Shown in pieces: positions 1 through 9,536 of a DNA stretch of 64,000 bases. Made by a program: the position numbers and the translations under genes. Every line of letters starts with the position of its first letter. The first letter of the stretch is position 1. The stretch comes from an uncultured bacterium. GTDB taxonomy: Bacteria; Armatimonadota; Hebobacteria; CAIYQO01. The notes beneath the pieces were generated by a model. That model did not search any database. It was not told where the DNA came from and saw only the letters and a list, made by a program, of their open reading frames with translations. The DNA lies in NCBI GenBank assembly GCA_964472305.1, contig CAYYJR010000017.1:27975-91974 (forward strand), written 5' to 3'.

Positions 1-1278
1 GACACCGGGGTCATCATCGGTTCGGTACATTATCTGTCACCCGAACAGGCGCGCGGTGAAGCGACCACGCCCGTCTCCGATCTCTACGCGCTGGGCGCGG
101 TGCTGTTCGAGATGCTCACCGCCCACACGGTATTCGAGGGCGAGAACGCGATGGCGGTGGCCTACAAGCAGATCCACAATCCGCCGCCGCACCCGCGCAC
201 GCTGCGGGCGGATATTCCCGCCGCGCTGGAGACGCTGGTGCTGCGCTGCCTGGAGAAGGATCCGCGCGCGCGTTTCCTGTCCGCCGCGGAGGTGAAGGCG
301 GCGCTGGCGCAGATCGCCAATCGGCTGGCGCAGGAAGAGACGGTGGTCATCGCCGCGCCAACGCAGCCGGCCGACGCCACGCTGATTTACCGCAAACCGG
401 CCAACGCCGCGCACGAGCAAGCCTACCCGCCGCAGGTCGGACCGGCGACCGAACCCGCCGCACCGCGCGGCGGGAGCGGGGGCGCCTGGGTGATCGCCAT
501 CTTGTTCCTGCTGCTCGCCGGCGCGGTGGGGTATGGCGGGTATAAGCTGCTCAACCCGGTTGTCATGCCGCCCCCACCGGACTCCCCCCTCACCGTACCC
601 AACCTGATCGGATTGGACGCGCAGAACGCCGAGATGCTGTTGAAGCGCCGCGGCGTGATCGGGCAGACCGGCGGTCATGAAAATAATGACATGGACCCGG
701 GCAAAGTGTGTCGCCAGGATCCGGCGCCGAACACCGCGATCGATCCGAAAACCCCGGTCTTTTACTACATCAGCGATGGCCCGGCCACCAAGCTGATGCC
801 CGATGTTTCGCAGATGTCGGAGCCGCGCGCGAAATCGGAAATCCGCACCGCCATGACCAATAATGCCTTTGTCTTTAACAAGCCGAAAACAGAGGCGTCC
901 GACACGGTGAACAAGGGATTCGTCATCCGCACCGAGCCCGCCGCCGGCGCGCAAGTCGATCGCCTGAAAGGCCGCGTGACGCTGGTGCTCTCTTCCGGAC
1001 CGCCGCAGAGCAATGATGTTTTGGTAACCTATCATCCCGGCGCGGCGCCCGACTTGGGCAATGACATGGTGTTCGTGCGCATCGAACTGGAACAACCCGC
1101 CGGCAGCGATCCGCAGACGGTGTTGGAGAAGACGTTCAAACCCGGCGACGCCATCCCCGACCAGCAGTTCCAGCGCAAGCCGGACCAGACGATCGTGGTG
1201 CGCCTGCTAGCCGCCAAGGATGAGAATTCGCCGCTCACCTCCTATGGCGAGGAAACCTTCGCGCCCACCACGCCGTAA
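1..1278 (+). CDS. Ser/Thr protein kinase, C-terminal part with TM segment and PASTA-like repeats (5' end lies outside the window)
   Basis: Frame 1 is open from base 1 (DTGVIIGSVHYLSPEQARGE...). Kinase motifs HYLSPEQ, DLYALGAVLFEMLT and CLEKDPRARF. TM segment WVIAILFLLLAGAVGYGGY. PASTA-like units VPNLIGLDAQNAEMLLKRRGV and MPDVSQMSEPRAKSEI. Confidence 0.85.
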   Translation, partial: DTGVIIGSVHYLSPEQARGEATTPVSDLYALGAVLFEMLTAHTVFEGENAMAVAYKQIHNPPPHPRTLRADIPAALETLVLRCLEKDPRARFLSAAEVKAALAQIANRLAQEETVVIAAPTQPADATLIYRKPANAAHEQAYPPQVGPATEPAAPRGGSGGAWVIAILFLLLAGAVGYGGYKLLNPVVMPPPPDSPLTVPNLIGLDAQNAEMLLKRRGVIGQTGGHENNDMDPGKVCRQDPAPNTAIDPKTPVFYYISDGPATKLMPDVSQMSEPRAKSEIRTAMTNNAFVFNKPKTEASDTVNKGFVIRTEPAAGAQVDRLKGRVTLVLSSGPPQSNDVLVTYHPGAAPDLGNDMVFVRIELEQPAGSDPQTVLEKTFKPGDAIPDQQFQRKPDQTIVVRLLAAKDENSPLTSYGEETFAPTTP

Positions 1279-1299
1279 CACGCGAACGCGCATTCACTA

Positions 1300-1339
1300 G
1301 CCGGATCAGTCCGCAATTGCGGACTGATCCGGCTTTTTT
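1300..1339 (+). terminator. Intrinsic terminator after the kinase gene
   Basis: Perfect 15-bp stem GCCGGATCAGTCCGC / GCGGACTGATCCGGC with loop AATT, followed by TTTTTT, 22 nt after the stop codon. Confidence 0.85.
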
Positions 1340-1692
1340 GTCTGCAAAGGTCCACCCTGCTGCTCCCTTTCCGGCCAGTACGGCTGCGCACAGCCCTCCT
1401 CGCGGCAGCTACCCCATTGTTTTCTCGCGTGTAGACAATCCGCCACATGCCTGCGCGCCTCGCGTGCACGGGGGCTTTTGACACTGCGGGCATAGTGGGA
1501 ATCACCGGAATGTATACACCAGTTCCGGCATGCCGCAGATGCATCGCGGGCGATCCAGCAGATGCTCATGCCGGCGCGGGCCGGTTTTGCTACCCCGCCA
1601 CCGTGATGGGCTGCGCATACAATGCTTCCGGCAAGCCCCACGCGTGCGCATCGCGGACGTCGCTGTGCCGTTGGCCTGCGAAGGAGGAAGAG

Positions 1693-3132
1693 ATGAAGCC
1701 GATTCACTTCGGGACTGATGGCTGGCGCGGTATCATCGCCGATGAATTCACCTTTGCACGCGTGGCCGCCGCCTGCATGGCGATCGGCGACTTTTTACAT
1801 GCGGAGGGTACCGCCGACCGCGGCGTAGCCGTCGGGTATGACAATCGCTTTGCTTCCGACGCCTTTGCCGCGCTGGCTGCCGGAGTGCTCACACGCCAGG
1901 GTATTCACGTGACGGCCTCGAGCGGATCGCTGCCTACCCCGGTGGTGTCGTATACCATCCGGCACCGCGAGATGGGTGGCGGGGTGATGATTACCGCCAG
2001 TCATAATCCACCGGCCTACAACGGCATCAAATTCAAACCCTGGTACGCGGGCTCGGCGTCGGAAGAAGCGACTCGCGCTATCGAACAGCGCGCCAACCAC
2101 CTGCTTGCCACACTGAACCTGGATCAAGTGCGCATGCGGGAACCGGTAGCCGCGCTGTTGCAGCAGGACGATTTCGTTCCCGACTATATTGCCCACGTGC
2201 TGACCTTTGTGGATCGCGACGCCATCCGCGATGCCCGACCGCGTCTGCTGGTCGACTCCCTCTACGGCTCGTCGCAAGGCGTACTCGACCGCGCATTGCA
2301 TGAAGCCGGCTGTGAGGTGATGTTGCTGCATGCCGAACACAATCCCGGTTTCGGCGGATTAAATCCGGAGCCGGTGCCGGAGATGCTGACGCAACTGGCG
2401 GCGGCGGTGCGGGCGGAACGCGTGCACGGCGCGGTGGCGTCCGACGGCGACGGCGACCGGCTGGCGGCAATGACCGGCGACGGCGAATACGTTTCGCCGC
2501 ATCATCTTTTCGCGTTGCTGCTCATCCATCTGGTAGAAGATCGCGGCTTGCACGGCGGCGTAGTCAAAACGGTTTCCACCACCACCATGATCGACCAGTT
2601 GACCGCGCGCTACCAACTGCCGCTGTATGAAACCCCCATCGGATTCAAGCACATCTGCCAGCTCATGCTCGAGCACGATATCCTCATCGGTGGCGAGGAA
2701 AGCGGCGGCATCGGCATCCGCAACCATATTCCCGAGCGCGATGCCACGCTGGCCGCGTTGTTGCTGGTCGATATGATGGCAACCCACCACACCGATCTGT
2801 CCGGATTACTGGCGCTGTTGCGTGAACGCGTGGGCGCCCATTACTACGATCGTGAAGACGTGCGGCTGCAGCATCCCGCCACCGCCGATCAATTCGCGGC
2901 GCTGCGCCGGCTATTGCCCGCGCGCCTGGAAGAGATGCCCGTCACACAGGTTTCCGAACGCGATGGCCTGAAACTGCTGCTGGCTGATGGGAGTTGGCTG
3001 TTGCTGCGCGCTTCCGGCACCGAACCGGTATTGCGCATTTATGCGGAGTCGGATCGGCCCGATAAAGTGAAAGCTTTGCTGCGCGAAGGCAGTGCGCTGG
3101 TGGCGGCGGGCGGCATCGCGCGGGCTGCGTAA
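1693..3132 (+). CDS. Phosphoglucomutase/phosphomannomutase family protein
   Basis: GTDGWRG; phosphoserine loop ITASHNPPAYNGIKF; metal loop ASDGDGDR; sugar loop GGEESGG. Start chosen at the ATG preceded by GAAGGAGGAAGAG; the track ORF begins earlier, at 1447. Confidence 0.9.
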   Translation: MKPIHFGTDGWRGIIADEFTFARVAAACMAIGDFLHAEGTADRGVAVGYDNRFASDAFAALAAGVLTRQGIHVTASSGSLPTPVVSYTIRHREMGGGVMITASHNPPAYNGIKFKPWYAGSASEEATRAIEQRANHLLATLNLDQVRMREPVAALLQQDDFVPDYIAHVLTFVDRDAIRDARPRLLVDSLYGSSQGVLDRALHEAGCEVMLLHAEHNPGFGGLNPEPVPEMLTQLAAAVRAERVHGAVASDGDGDRLAAMTGDGEYVSPHHLFALLLIHLVEDRGLHGGVVKTVSTTTMIDQLTARYQLPLYETPIGFKHICQLMLEHDILIGGEESGGIGIRNHIPERDATLAALLLVDMMATHHTDLSGLLALLRERVGAHYYDREDVRLQHPATADQFAALRRLLPARLEEMPVTQVSERDGLKLLLADGSWLLLRASGTEPVLRIYAESDRPDKVKALLREGSALVAAGGIARAA

Positions 3133-3266
3133 TGATGGGGTGAAAATAATGTGGGAAAATCGACGAATTTTCCTCCCGGCAACATGGCACAATAGCCCCA
3201 CTGCATCTTCACGTATTCACGTGGGATGCTCCGCCGGGGATAACCCGAAAGGAGGTTTCAACACCT

Positions 3267-4472
3267 ATGACATTTCCTTCGCAATCAATGCTCTCCCCCG
3301 CGCTGCGCGCGGTATTCATCAGCTCATTTGTCCCACGTGAGTGCGGATTGGCTACCTTCACGGAAGATGTCGTCACCGCGGTGGCGCCGTATGATGTGTC
3401 CTGTAAAGTGATCGCCATGAACCGTCCCGGGCAGCAACATGCCTACGACCGGCGGGTGATCGCCACCGTGCAGGAACATCGCCTGGCGGATTATCTGGCG
3501 GCGGCGGAGTTAATCAATCGTGGACGCTTCGACGTATTGAGCGTGCAGCATGAGTTCGGCATCTTCGGCGGCGAAGAATGCGACGACCTGGCGACGTTCC
3601 TCGCGTTGGTGGAGATTCCGGTGGTCACCACGTTTCACACCATTCTGCGCAAACCGTCGTCCGCCATGCGACGCCACCTGCGCGCGGTGGCAAAATGCTC
3701 CTCGGCTATCGTGGTGATGAACAGCCTGGCCGTCGATCTGCTGCGTGACGTTTACGGGCTTGATACGGACAACGTGTCCGTGCTGCACCATGGCGCGCCT
3801 GTAGTGCCCGCCGGACGGCGGCGCACCATCAAAGACGACTTCAACCTGCACGGGCGCAAGGTGATCTCCACCTTCGGCCTGCTGAGTTCCGGCAAAGGAT
3901 TGGAATACGCGGTTCAGGCCATGCCGTATATCGTCGCCTCCCATCCAGAGGCGGTCTATCTCATCCTCGGCCAGACCCATCCGGTGGTGAAGCAGCAGGA
4001 AGGCGAGCGGTATCGCGAATCGCTGCAGGCGCTGGCGGAGGCGGCGGGGGTGGCGGATCACGTCATCTTCGTGGACAAGTATTTCACCAAGGCCGAGTTG
4101 GTCGCCTACCTGCTGGCAACGGATATCTACCTGACACCGTATTTGAATCTGGAACAAGTCACCAGCGGTACGCTAGCCTATGCCATGGCCTGCGGGCGCC
4201 CGCTGGTCTCGACCCCCTACCTGTATGCCGAATTTCTGCTGGGCGACGACCGCGGACTGCTGGTGCCCCCGCGCGACCCGCGCGGCATCGCCGAGGCATG
4301 CCGGCACATCCTGGAGAACCCGGACCTGCAGGCGCGCATGGAGCGCACCAACTGGCTCTTCGGACAGAAGATGCTGTGGCCGCGCGTCGGCAAGGAATAT
4401 CAACGGCTCTTTCGGCAGTTAGCGACCGCCCATGTCCGCCCCGCCGCATATCTGCAAGCGCAGGCATCGTGA
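3267..4472 (+). CDS. Glycosyltransferase, GT4 (group 1) family
   Basis: 401 aa with a GT-B type C-terminal half (STFGLLSSGKGLEY..., TSGTLAYAMACGRPLVSTP). SD GAAAGGAGG lies upstream of the ATG. Confidence 0.75.
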   Translation: MTFPSQSMLSPALRAVFISSFVPRECGLATFTEDVVTAVAPYDVSCKVIAMNRPGQQHAYDRRVIATVQEHRLADYLAAAELINRGRFDVLSVQHEFGIFGGEECDDLATFLALVEIPVVTTFHTILRKPSSAMRRHLRAVAKCSSAIVVMNSLAVDLLRDVYGLDTDNVSVLHHGAPVVPAGRRRTIKDDFNLHGRKVISTFGLLSSGKGLEYAVQAMPYIVASHPEAVYLILGQTHPVVKQQEGERYRESLQALAEAAGVADHVIFVDKYFTKAELVAYLLATDIYLTPYLNLEQVTSGTLAYAMACGRPLVSTPYLYAEFLLGDDRGLLVPPRDPRGIAEACRHILENPDLQARMERTNWLFGQKMLWPRVGKEYQRLFRQLATAHVRPAAYLQAQAS

Positions 4473-4587
4473 ACAGCGCGACGGATGTTGCGGGAACTGC
4501 GCATATCTGTTCACTACTGATGGTAAGACATCATGTCCGGTATCGCCTCGTGACGGGCGGTATGGCGGACGGAGAGGATGGTGAGGC

Positions 4588-5727
4588 ATGTGTGAACGAA
4601 CATGGCCGCCACCGACATTGCTGCACCTGCGCCGGTTGACCGACGACTGCGGCATCATACAGCATGCAAAATACTGGGCGCCGGATTATTCCACCGGCTA
4701 TTGCGTGGACGACAACAGTCGCGCGCTGATCGTCGCCTGCCATCATTTTCGCCTGTTCGGCGACGAGCTGGCACATGAATTGATGGTGCGCTACCTGGCA
4801 TTCATCTTTTACGTGCAGCGCCGCGACGGCAAGGTGCGCAACTTCATCGACTACACGCGCAACTTCCTGGAGGATGAGGGTTCTCCTGACAGCCTGGGGC
4901 GCACCATCTGGGCGCTGGGGCACGTGGCGACGGTGGAGGAGGAATACCTGTCGATCCCCGCACGCGAGATGTTTCACCGCGCGCTGCCGCATCTGTTGCC
5001 CGGACTCGACCCACACGCGCTGGCCTACGGCACTCTCGGGTTGTGCGCCTACGGGACGCGCGCGGACTTGCGCGAGGAAGCGCAACGCCTGGTGCGCCCG
5101 CTGGTCGGCGCGCTGCTGGAACGCTGGCAACGCACACGCTCGGAGGAGTGGGAGTGGTTCCTGCCCACCCTCACCTACGACAACGGGCGCCTGTCGCAGG
5201 CGCTGCTGCGCGCCGGTCTGCTGCTCGACAGCGACGAGTTGATCGCCGCCGGCCTGCGCAGCCTTGATTTTCTCAACGGCGTCTGCTATCGCGACGGCTA
5301 TTTGTGCCCCGTCGGCTGTCATGGCTGGTATCCGCGCGGCGGGCACTGCGCGCTGTTCGATCAACAACCCATTGATGCGGCAGGCATGGTGGAGGTCAAC
5401 CTGTCCGCTTATCACCTCACGCGCCAGGGCGCGTATCTGGATTACGCCGGCATGGCGATGGACTGGTTCTACGGCGCCAACAGCCTGCATGTCCCGCTGT
5501 ATAATCCGCTCAGCGGCGGTTGTCACGACGGACTGCTGGTGAGTGGCGTCAATTGCAACCAGGGCGCCGAATCCACCATCGCCTACCTGATGGCGCAGTT
5601 GCACCTGTATGAAACGGCGCCGCACCTCTTCACTTGCCCGCTGCCCGAGCTGTCCGATGACTGCGATAACACTGGGAGCAAACTGTTTTCAGCCGCGCAT
5701 GGAAAGACCGCTCCCCCGCAGAGCTAA
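4588..5727 (+). CDS. Conserved hypothetical protein, possibly an (alpha/alpha)-barrel glycan-binding or hydrolase-like protein
   Basis: 379-aa ORF co-directional with the GT4 and GH13 genes. Codon usage looks coding (GC-rich third positions). No catalytic motif recognised. Confidence 0.55.
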   Translation: MCERTWPPPTLLHLRRLTDDCGIIQHAKYWAPDYSTGYCVDDNSRALIVACHHFRLFGDELAHELMVRYLAFIFYVQRRDGKVRNFIDYTRNFLEDEGSPDSLGRTIWALGHVATVEEEYLSIPAREMFHRALPHLLPGLDPHALAYGTLGLCAYGTRADLREEAQRLVRPLVGALLERWQRTRSEEWEWFLPTLTYDNGRLSQALLRAGLLLDSDELIAAGLRSLDFLNGVCYRDGYLCPVGCHGWYPRGGHCALFDQQPIDAAGMVEVNLSAYHLTRQGAYLDYAGMAMDWFYGANSLHVPLYNPLSGGCHDGLLVSGVNCNQGAESTIAYLMAQLHLYETAPHLFTCPLPELSDDCDNTGSKLFSAAHGKTAPPQS

Positions 5728-5809
5728 CAAACCGCGGGGTGCGGGATTATCCTGCTGAACGGCGGCGTGGCGGAACGGATCGGGCGGGTCCGCCTTCGGC
5801 AATTCTTGT

Positions 5810-5903
5810 GCAATACCTGGAAATGGACTTCCACATGTTGCATCCTACGTCCCGCCTGCGACGAGGGCATCAGAAATCCGGAAAAGCGGAATCGCACGGT
5901 GCA
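5810..5903 (+). repeat. Intergenic structured repeat, copy A (similar to 29016..29116)
   Basis: GCAATACCTGGAAATGGACTTCCACATGTTGC hairpin, a second hairpin, then the conserved tail AAAAGCGGAATCGCACGGTG. About 75% identical by eye to copy B, in the same orientation. An indel of several nt (about 7) rules out a shared reading frame. Confidence 0.7.
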
Positions 5904-6074
5904 TGATTACCTTAAGCAGCATGATGACGCTCGTTTGTACCTTCTCCGCGCTGGACACATGCCGCGAAGCCTGTTATCGTACGCAGGGAGATCGGACGCG
6001 GTTGCGCCCGCCTCTTCGTGTTCGCAGGTACGAAAGGACGCCGCGCAGTGAGTGAACAACAGCCCCGAGCGCGT

Positions 6075-9000
6075 ATGGAATTTCACGTCTCGCGCTTCGC
6101 GCGTGACCGCTATCAGTTCGATCAATCGCTGTTTTCCAGCAGCGGCAACGTCATCTTCGCCAATTTTCACGCCTCGCGGGTATTCGCGCAACGGATCAAC
6201 GAGAAGCGCGACCTTGCGCGCTACCCGGAGTTGGCGGTGCGCGCGGGCCAGGTGAACGCCATGGGATTGATCGACGAGATTCTCCACTATCTCGTCGATC
6301 TCTACCGGCAGCAGGCGAATCCGCGAGTGATGGCGCAGGCAATGACGTGGTTGACGGCGCAACTCGGCGCGACCGGCGTGGAGACAGCGCTGCGGCGCTT
6401 CACGGACGAATACCCGCCGCTGGCGGTCTATCAGCGGACGATCAGCCTGGATGAATATCTGACCGGCGAGACCGACGGCATTCCCAACCGCCAACTGGTG
6501 CTGGAAGAAATGCTCATGCTCTGGGTGGCGAACATGAATCCCGCGTTCGCCCCGTTTCTGGAGCTGTTCAATGATGACAGCCTGGAAAAAGAGACGTTGT
6601 ATCCCGCCGTCCTCGCCCACCTGCACGATTTTTTCGGCGAGCAACCCGTCTTCGGCCCTGACCACCAGCAGTTGATCGACATGTTGCGCGCGCCGGCCAT
6701 CGCCGTGCCGCATTCGCTGGCCGGTCAACTGGAATACATCCTGTCGCGCTGGGGCGCGCTGCTCGGTAAGTTCCGTTTCCGCCTGCTCAGCAGCCTCGAC
6801 CTCATCAAAGAAGAAGAGAAAGCCATCTTCAGCGGATCCGGACCCAACCTCGTCAACGACTACCGCGGCCTTGGGGATGAACCGGAAGCCTTCAGCGAAG
6901 ACAAGGACTGGATGCCGCGGGTGGTGATGATCGCGAAAAACACCTACGTGTGGCTTGATCAACTCTCGAAGAAGTATCAACGCCATATCTGGCGGCTGGA
7001 CCAGATTCCCGACGAAGAGCTGGATGCGCTGGCGCAGTGGGGCTTCACCGGATTGTGGCTGATCGGCCTGTGGGAGCGCAGCCCGGCATCGCAGCGCATC
7101 AAGCAGATGTGCGGTAATCCCGATGCCGTTGCCTCCGCCTACTCGGTGGCGGCTTACGACCCCGCCGGCGACCTGGGCGGCGACGAGGCGCTGAACAACC
7201 TGCGCGAGCGTGCGTGGCAGCGCGGCATCCGCCTGGCCAGCGACATGGTGCCCAACCACATGGGCATCGATTCGCGCTGGGTGATCGAGCATCCCGACTG
7301 GTTCGTCTCGCTGCCGTACAGTCCGTTTCCGTCCTACAGCTTCAACGGCGTCAACCATTCCGGCGACGAGCGCGTGGGCCTGTTCCTGGAAGACCATTAT
7401 TACAGCCGCTCCGACGCGGCGGTAGTGTTCAAGCGGGTGGATTTCCATACCGGCGACGAACGCTACATCTATCATGGCAACGACGGCACCAACATGCCGT
7501 GGAACGACACCGCGCAGTTGAATTACCTCCTCGCCGAAGTGCGTGAGGCGGTGATTCAAACGATCTTACACGTCGCACGCAACTTTCCCATCATTCGGTT
7601 CGACGCCGCGATGACGCTGGCGAAAAAGCATTACCAGCGGTTGTGGTTCCCCGAGCCGGGCAGCGGTGGGGCCATCCCCTCGCGCGCCGAGCACGGACTG
7701 CCCTGGCCGCAGTTCCACGCCGTCTTCCCGGTGGAATTCTGGCGCGAAGTGGTGGACCGCGTGGCGCGTGAGGCACCCGACACGCTGCTGCTGGCGGAGG
7801 CGTTCTGGCTGATGGAAGGCTATTTCGTGCGCACGCTGGGCATGCACCGGGTGTATAACAGCGCCTTCATGAACATGCTGCGCGACGAGGACAACGCCAA
7901 ATATCGCTCGGTGATGAAGAACACCATGGAGTTCGATCCGGAGATCCTCAAGCGCTTCGTGAATTTCATGAACAATCCCGACGAGCGCACCGCGGTGGAT
8001 CAATTCGGTAAGGGTGACAAGTATTTCGGCGTCTGCACGGTGATGGCGACCCTGCCCGGCTTGCCGATGTTCGGACACGGTCAACTCGAAGGCTTCACCG
8101 AAAAATACGGCATGGAATATCGCCGCGCCTACTGGGACGAACAGGTTGACCAGGGGCTGGTGGATCGGCACGCGGCGGAAATCTTCCCGCTGCTGCATCG
8201 CCGCCGCATCTTTTCCGGGGTGAGCAATTTCCAGCTCTACGACTTCTTCGCGCCGGAAGGCCATGTGAACGAGGACGTGTTCGCCTACTCCAACGGCGTG
8301 GGCAACGAGCGCGGGCTGGTGGTGTATCACAATAAATTCGCCCGCGCCTGCGGCTGGGTGCGCACCTCTGCCGCCTGCGCGGTGAAGGGGCCGGATGGCG
8401 TGAAAACGCTGGTGCAGCGCAGCCTGGGTGAAGGATTGGGACTGCACGCGGAGGACGGCTACTACACCATCTTCCGCGACCACCGCAGCGGACTGGAATT
8501 CATCCGCAGCAGCAAAGAGCTGTGCGAACGTGGATTATACGTGGAACTGGACGCCTACCAGTATCAGGTGTTCCTCGACTTCCGCGAGGTGAGCGATAAC
8601 GCGTGGCATCAATACGGCCACCTGGCGGCCTACCTGAATGGTCGCGGCGTGCCCGGCATCGAAGAAGCGCTGCGCGAAGTCTTCCTGCAGCCGGTGCATT
8701 ACCCGTTCAAGGAACTGGTGAACGCCGAGCTGTTCCGCCGACTGCTGGCGTCGCGCGAAACCCCGGACACCGGCGTGCTCGACGAGGCGGAAGGCAAGTT
8801 GCTGTCGTTGTTGCGCGAGATCAAACAATTCATCGGCGGCAGCGGCAACGAGGCGGCAGTGGCGCACGACGTGCGCGCCATGCTGGAGACCGCGTTGCGC
8901 CAACCCGCGTGCGACGATGACGACCCGGCGGTCTGGGGCGCGCTATTCGGCTGGCTGTGCCTGCACCGGCTGGGCGCAATGACCGGCGCCGCCGACCCCG

Positions 9001-9428
9001 CGGGGCAGGCGCGCAGTTGGATCGACGAATGGATGTTGGGCCGCCTGCTGGCCGGCGCGTTGCGCGACTTCGGACTGGACGACGGCGCCGCGCGCCGCGC
9101 GGTCGCGGTGGCACAGGTGCTGACCACCTATCAGCAGTGGCACGCCGGCGGCGCCGCGCTGCCCGACTGGCTGCGCGATCCCGACGTGCAGCAGTTCATC
9201 GGCGTCAATCGCCACCAGGACGCGCTGTGGTTCAACCGGGAATCGTTCGAGCAATTCCTGCGCTGGATGCACCTCGCCGCCACGCTGGCGCTCGACCCCG
9301 CCACGCCGGATTACGCGCAACAACAGCGAGCCATCGACGACGACATCGCCGCCCTGCAGCGCGCCAAAGAGGTCTCCGGCTACCGCGTGGAGCGCCTGCT
9401 GGAAGCGGCGCAGGCAGTGGCGGTGTAA
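6075..9428 (+). CDS. Large alpha-amylase family (GH13) protein
   Basis: GH13 conserved regions DMVPNHMG, IIRFDAAMTL, LLAEAFW and FMNNPDE, with long N- and C-terminal extensions. Start is uncertain: ATG 6075, GTG 6048 or 6018. Confidence 0.85.
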   Translation: MEFHVSRFARDRYQFDQSLFSSSGNVIFANFHASRVFAQRINEKRDLARYPELAVRAGQVNAMGLIDEILHYLVDLYRQQANPRVMAQAMTWLTAQLGATGVETALRRFTDEYPPLAVYQRTISLDEYLTGETDGIPNRQLVLEEMLMLWVANMNPAFAPFLELFNDDSLEKETLYPAVLAHLHDFFGEQPVFGPDHQQLIDMLRAPAIAVPHSLAGQLEYILSRWGALLGKFRFRLLSSLDLIKEEEKAIFSGSGPNLVNDYRGLGDEPEAFSEDKDWMPRVVMIAKNTYVWLDQLSKKYQRHIWRLDQIPDEELDALAQWGFTGLWLIGLWERSPASQRIKQMCGNPDAVASAYSVAAYDPAGDLGGDEALNNLRERAWQRGIRLASDMVPNHMGIDSRWVIEHPDWFVSLPYSPFPSYSFNGVNHSGDERVGLFLEDHYYSRSDAAVVFKRVDFHTGDERYIYHGNDGTNMPWNDTAQLNYLLAEVREAVIQTILHVARNFPIIRFDAAMTLAKKHYQRLWFPEPGSGGAIPSRAEHGLPWPQFHAVFPVEFWREVVDRVAREAPDTLLLAEAFWLMEGYFVRTLGMHRVYNSAFMNMLRDEDNAKYRSVMKNTMEFDPEILKRFVNFMNNPDERTAVDQFGKGDKYFGVCTVMATLPGLPMFGHGQLEGFTEKYGMEYRRAYWDEQVDQGLVDRHAAEIFPLLHRRRIFSGVSNFQLYDFFAPEGHVNEDVFAYSNGVGNERGLVVYHNKFARACGWVRTSAACAVKGPDGVKTLVQRSLGEGLGLHAEDGYYTIFRDHRSGLEFIRSSKELCERGLYVELDAYQYQVFLDFREVSDNAWHQYGHLAAYLNGRGVPGIEEALREVFLQPVHYPFKELVNAELFRRLLASRETPDTGVLDEAEGKLLSLLREIKQFIGGSGNEAAVAHDVRAMLETALRQPACDDDDPAVWGALFGWLCLHRLGAMTGAADPAGQARSWIDEWMLGRLLAGALRDFGLDDGAARRAVAVAQVLTTYQQWHAGGAALPDWLRDPDVQQFIGVNRHQDALWFNRESFEQFLRWMHLAATLALDPATPDYAQQQRAIDDDIAALQRAKEVSGYRVERLLEAAQAVAV

Positions 9429-9432
9429 CGCG

Positions 9433-9454
9433 GGGACGATCCGCGGATCGTCCC
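9433..9454 (+). terminator. Terminator-like palindrome after the GH13 gene
   Basis: GGGACGATCCG/CGGATCGTCCC palindrome 5 nt after the stop, followed by TTCCTT. Confidence 0.55.
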
Positions 9455-9536
9455 TTCCTTAGCCTGCCTTGGCATTCGCATGCATCCGGTGTATACTATT
9501 CCCGGTCCATGGCGTCCCGACCAGGAGGTGTGTCAC

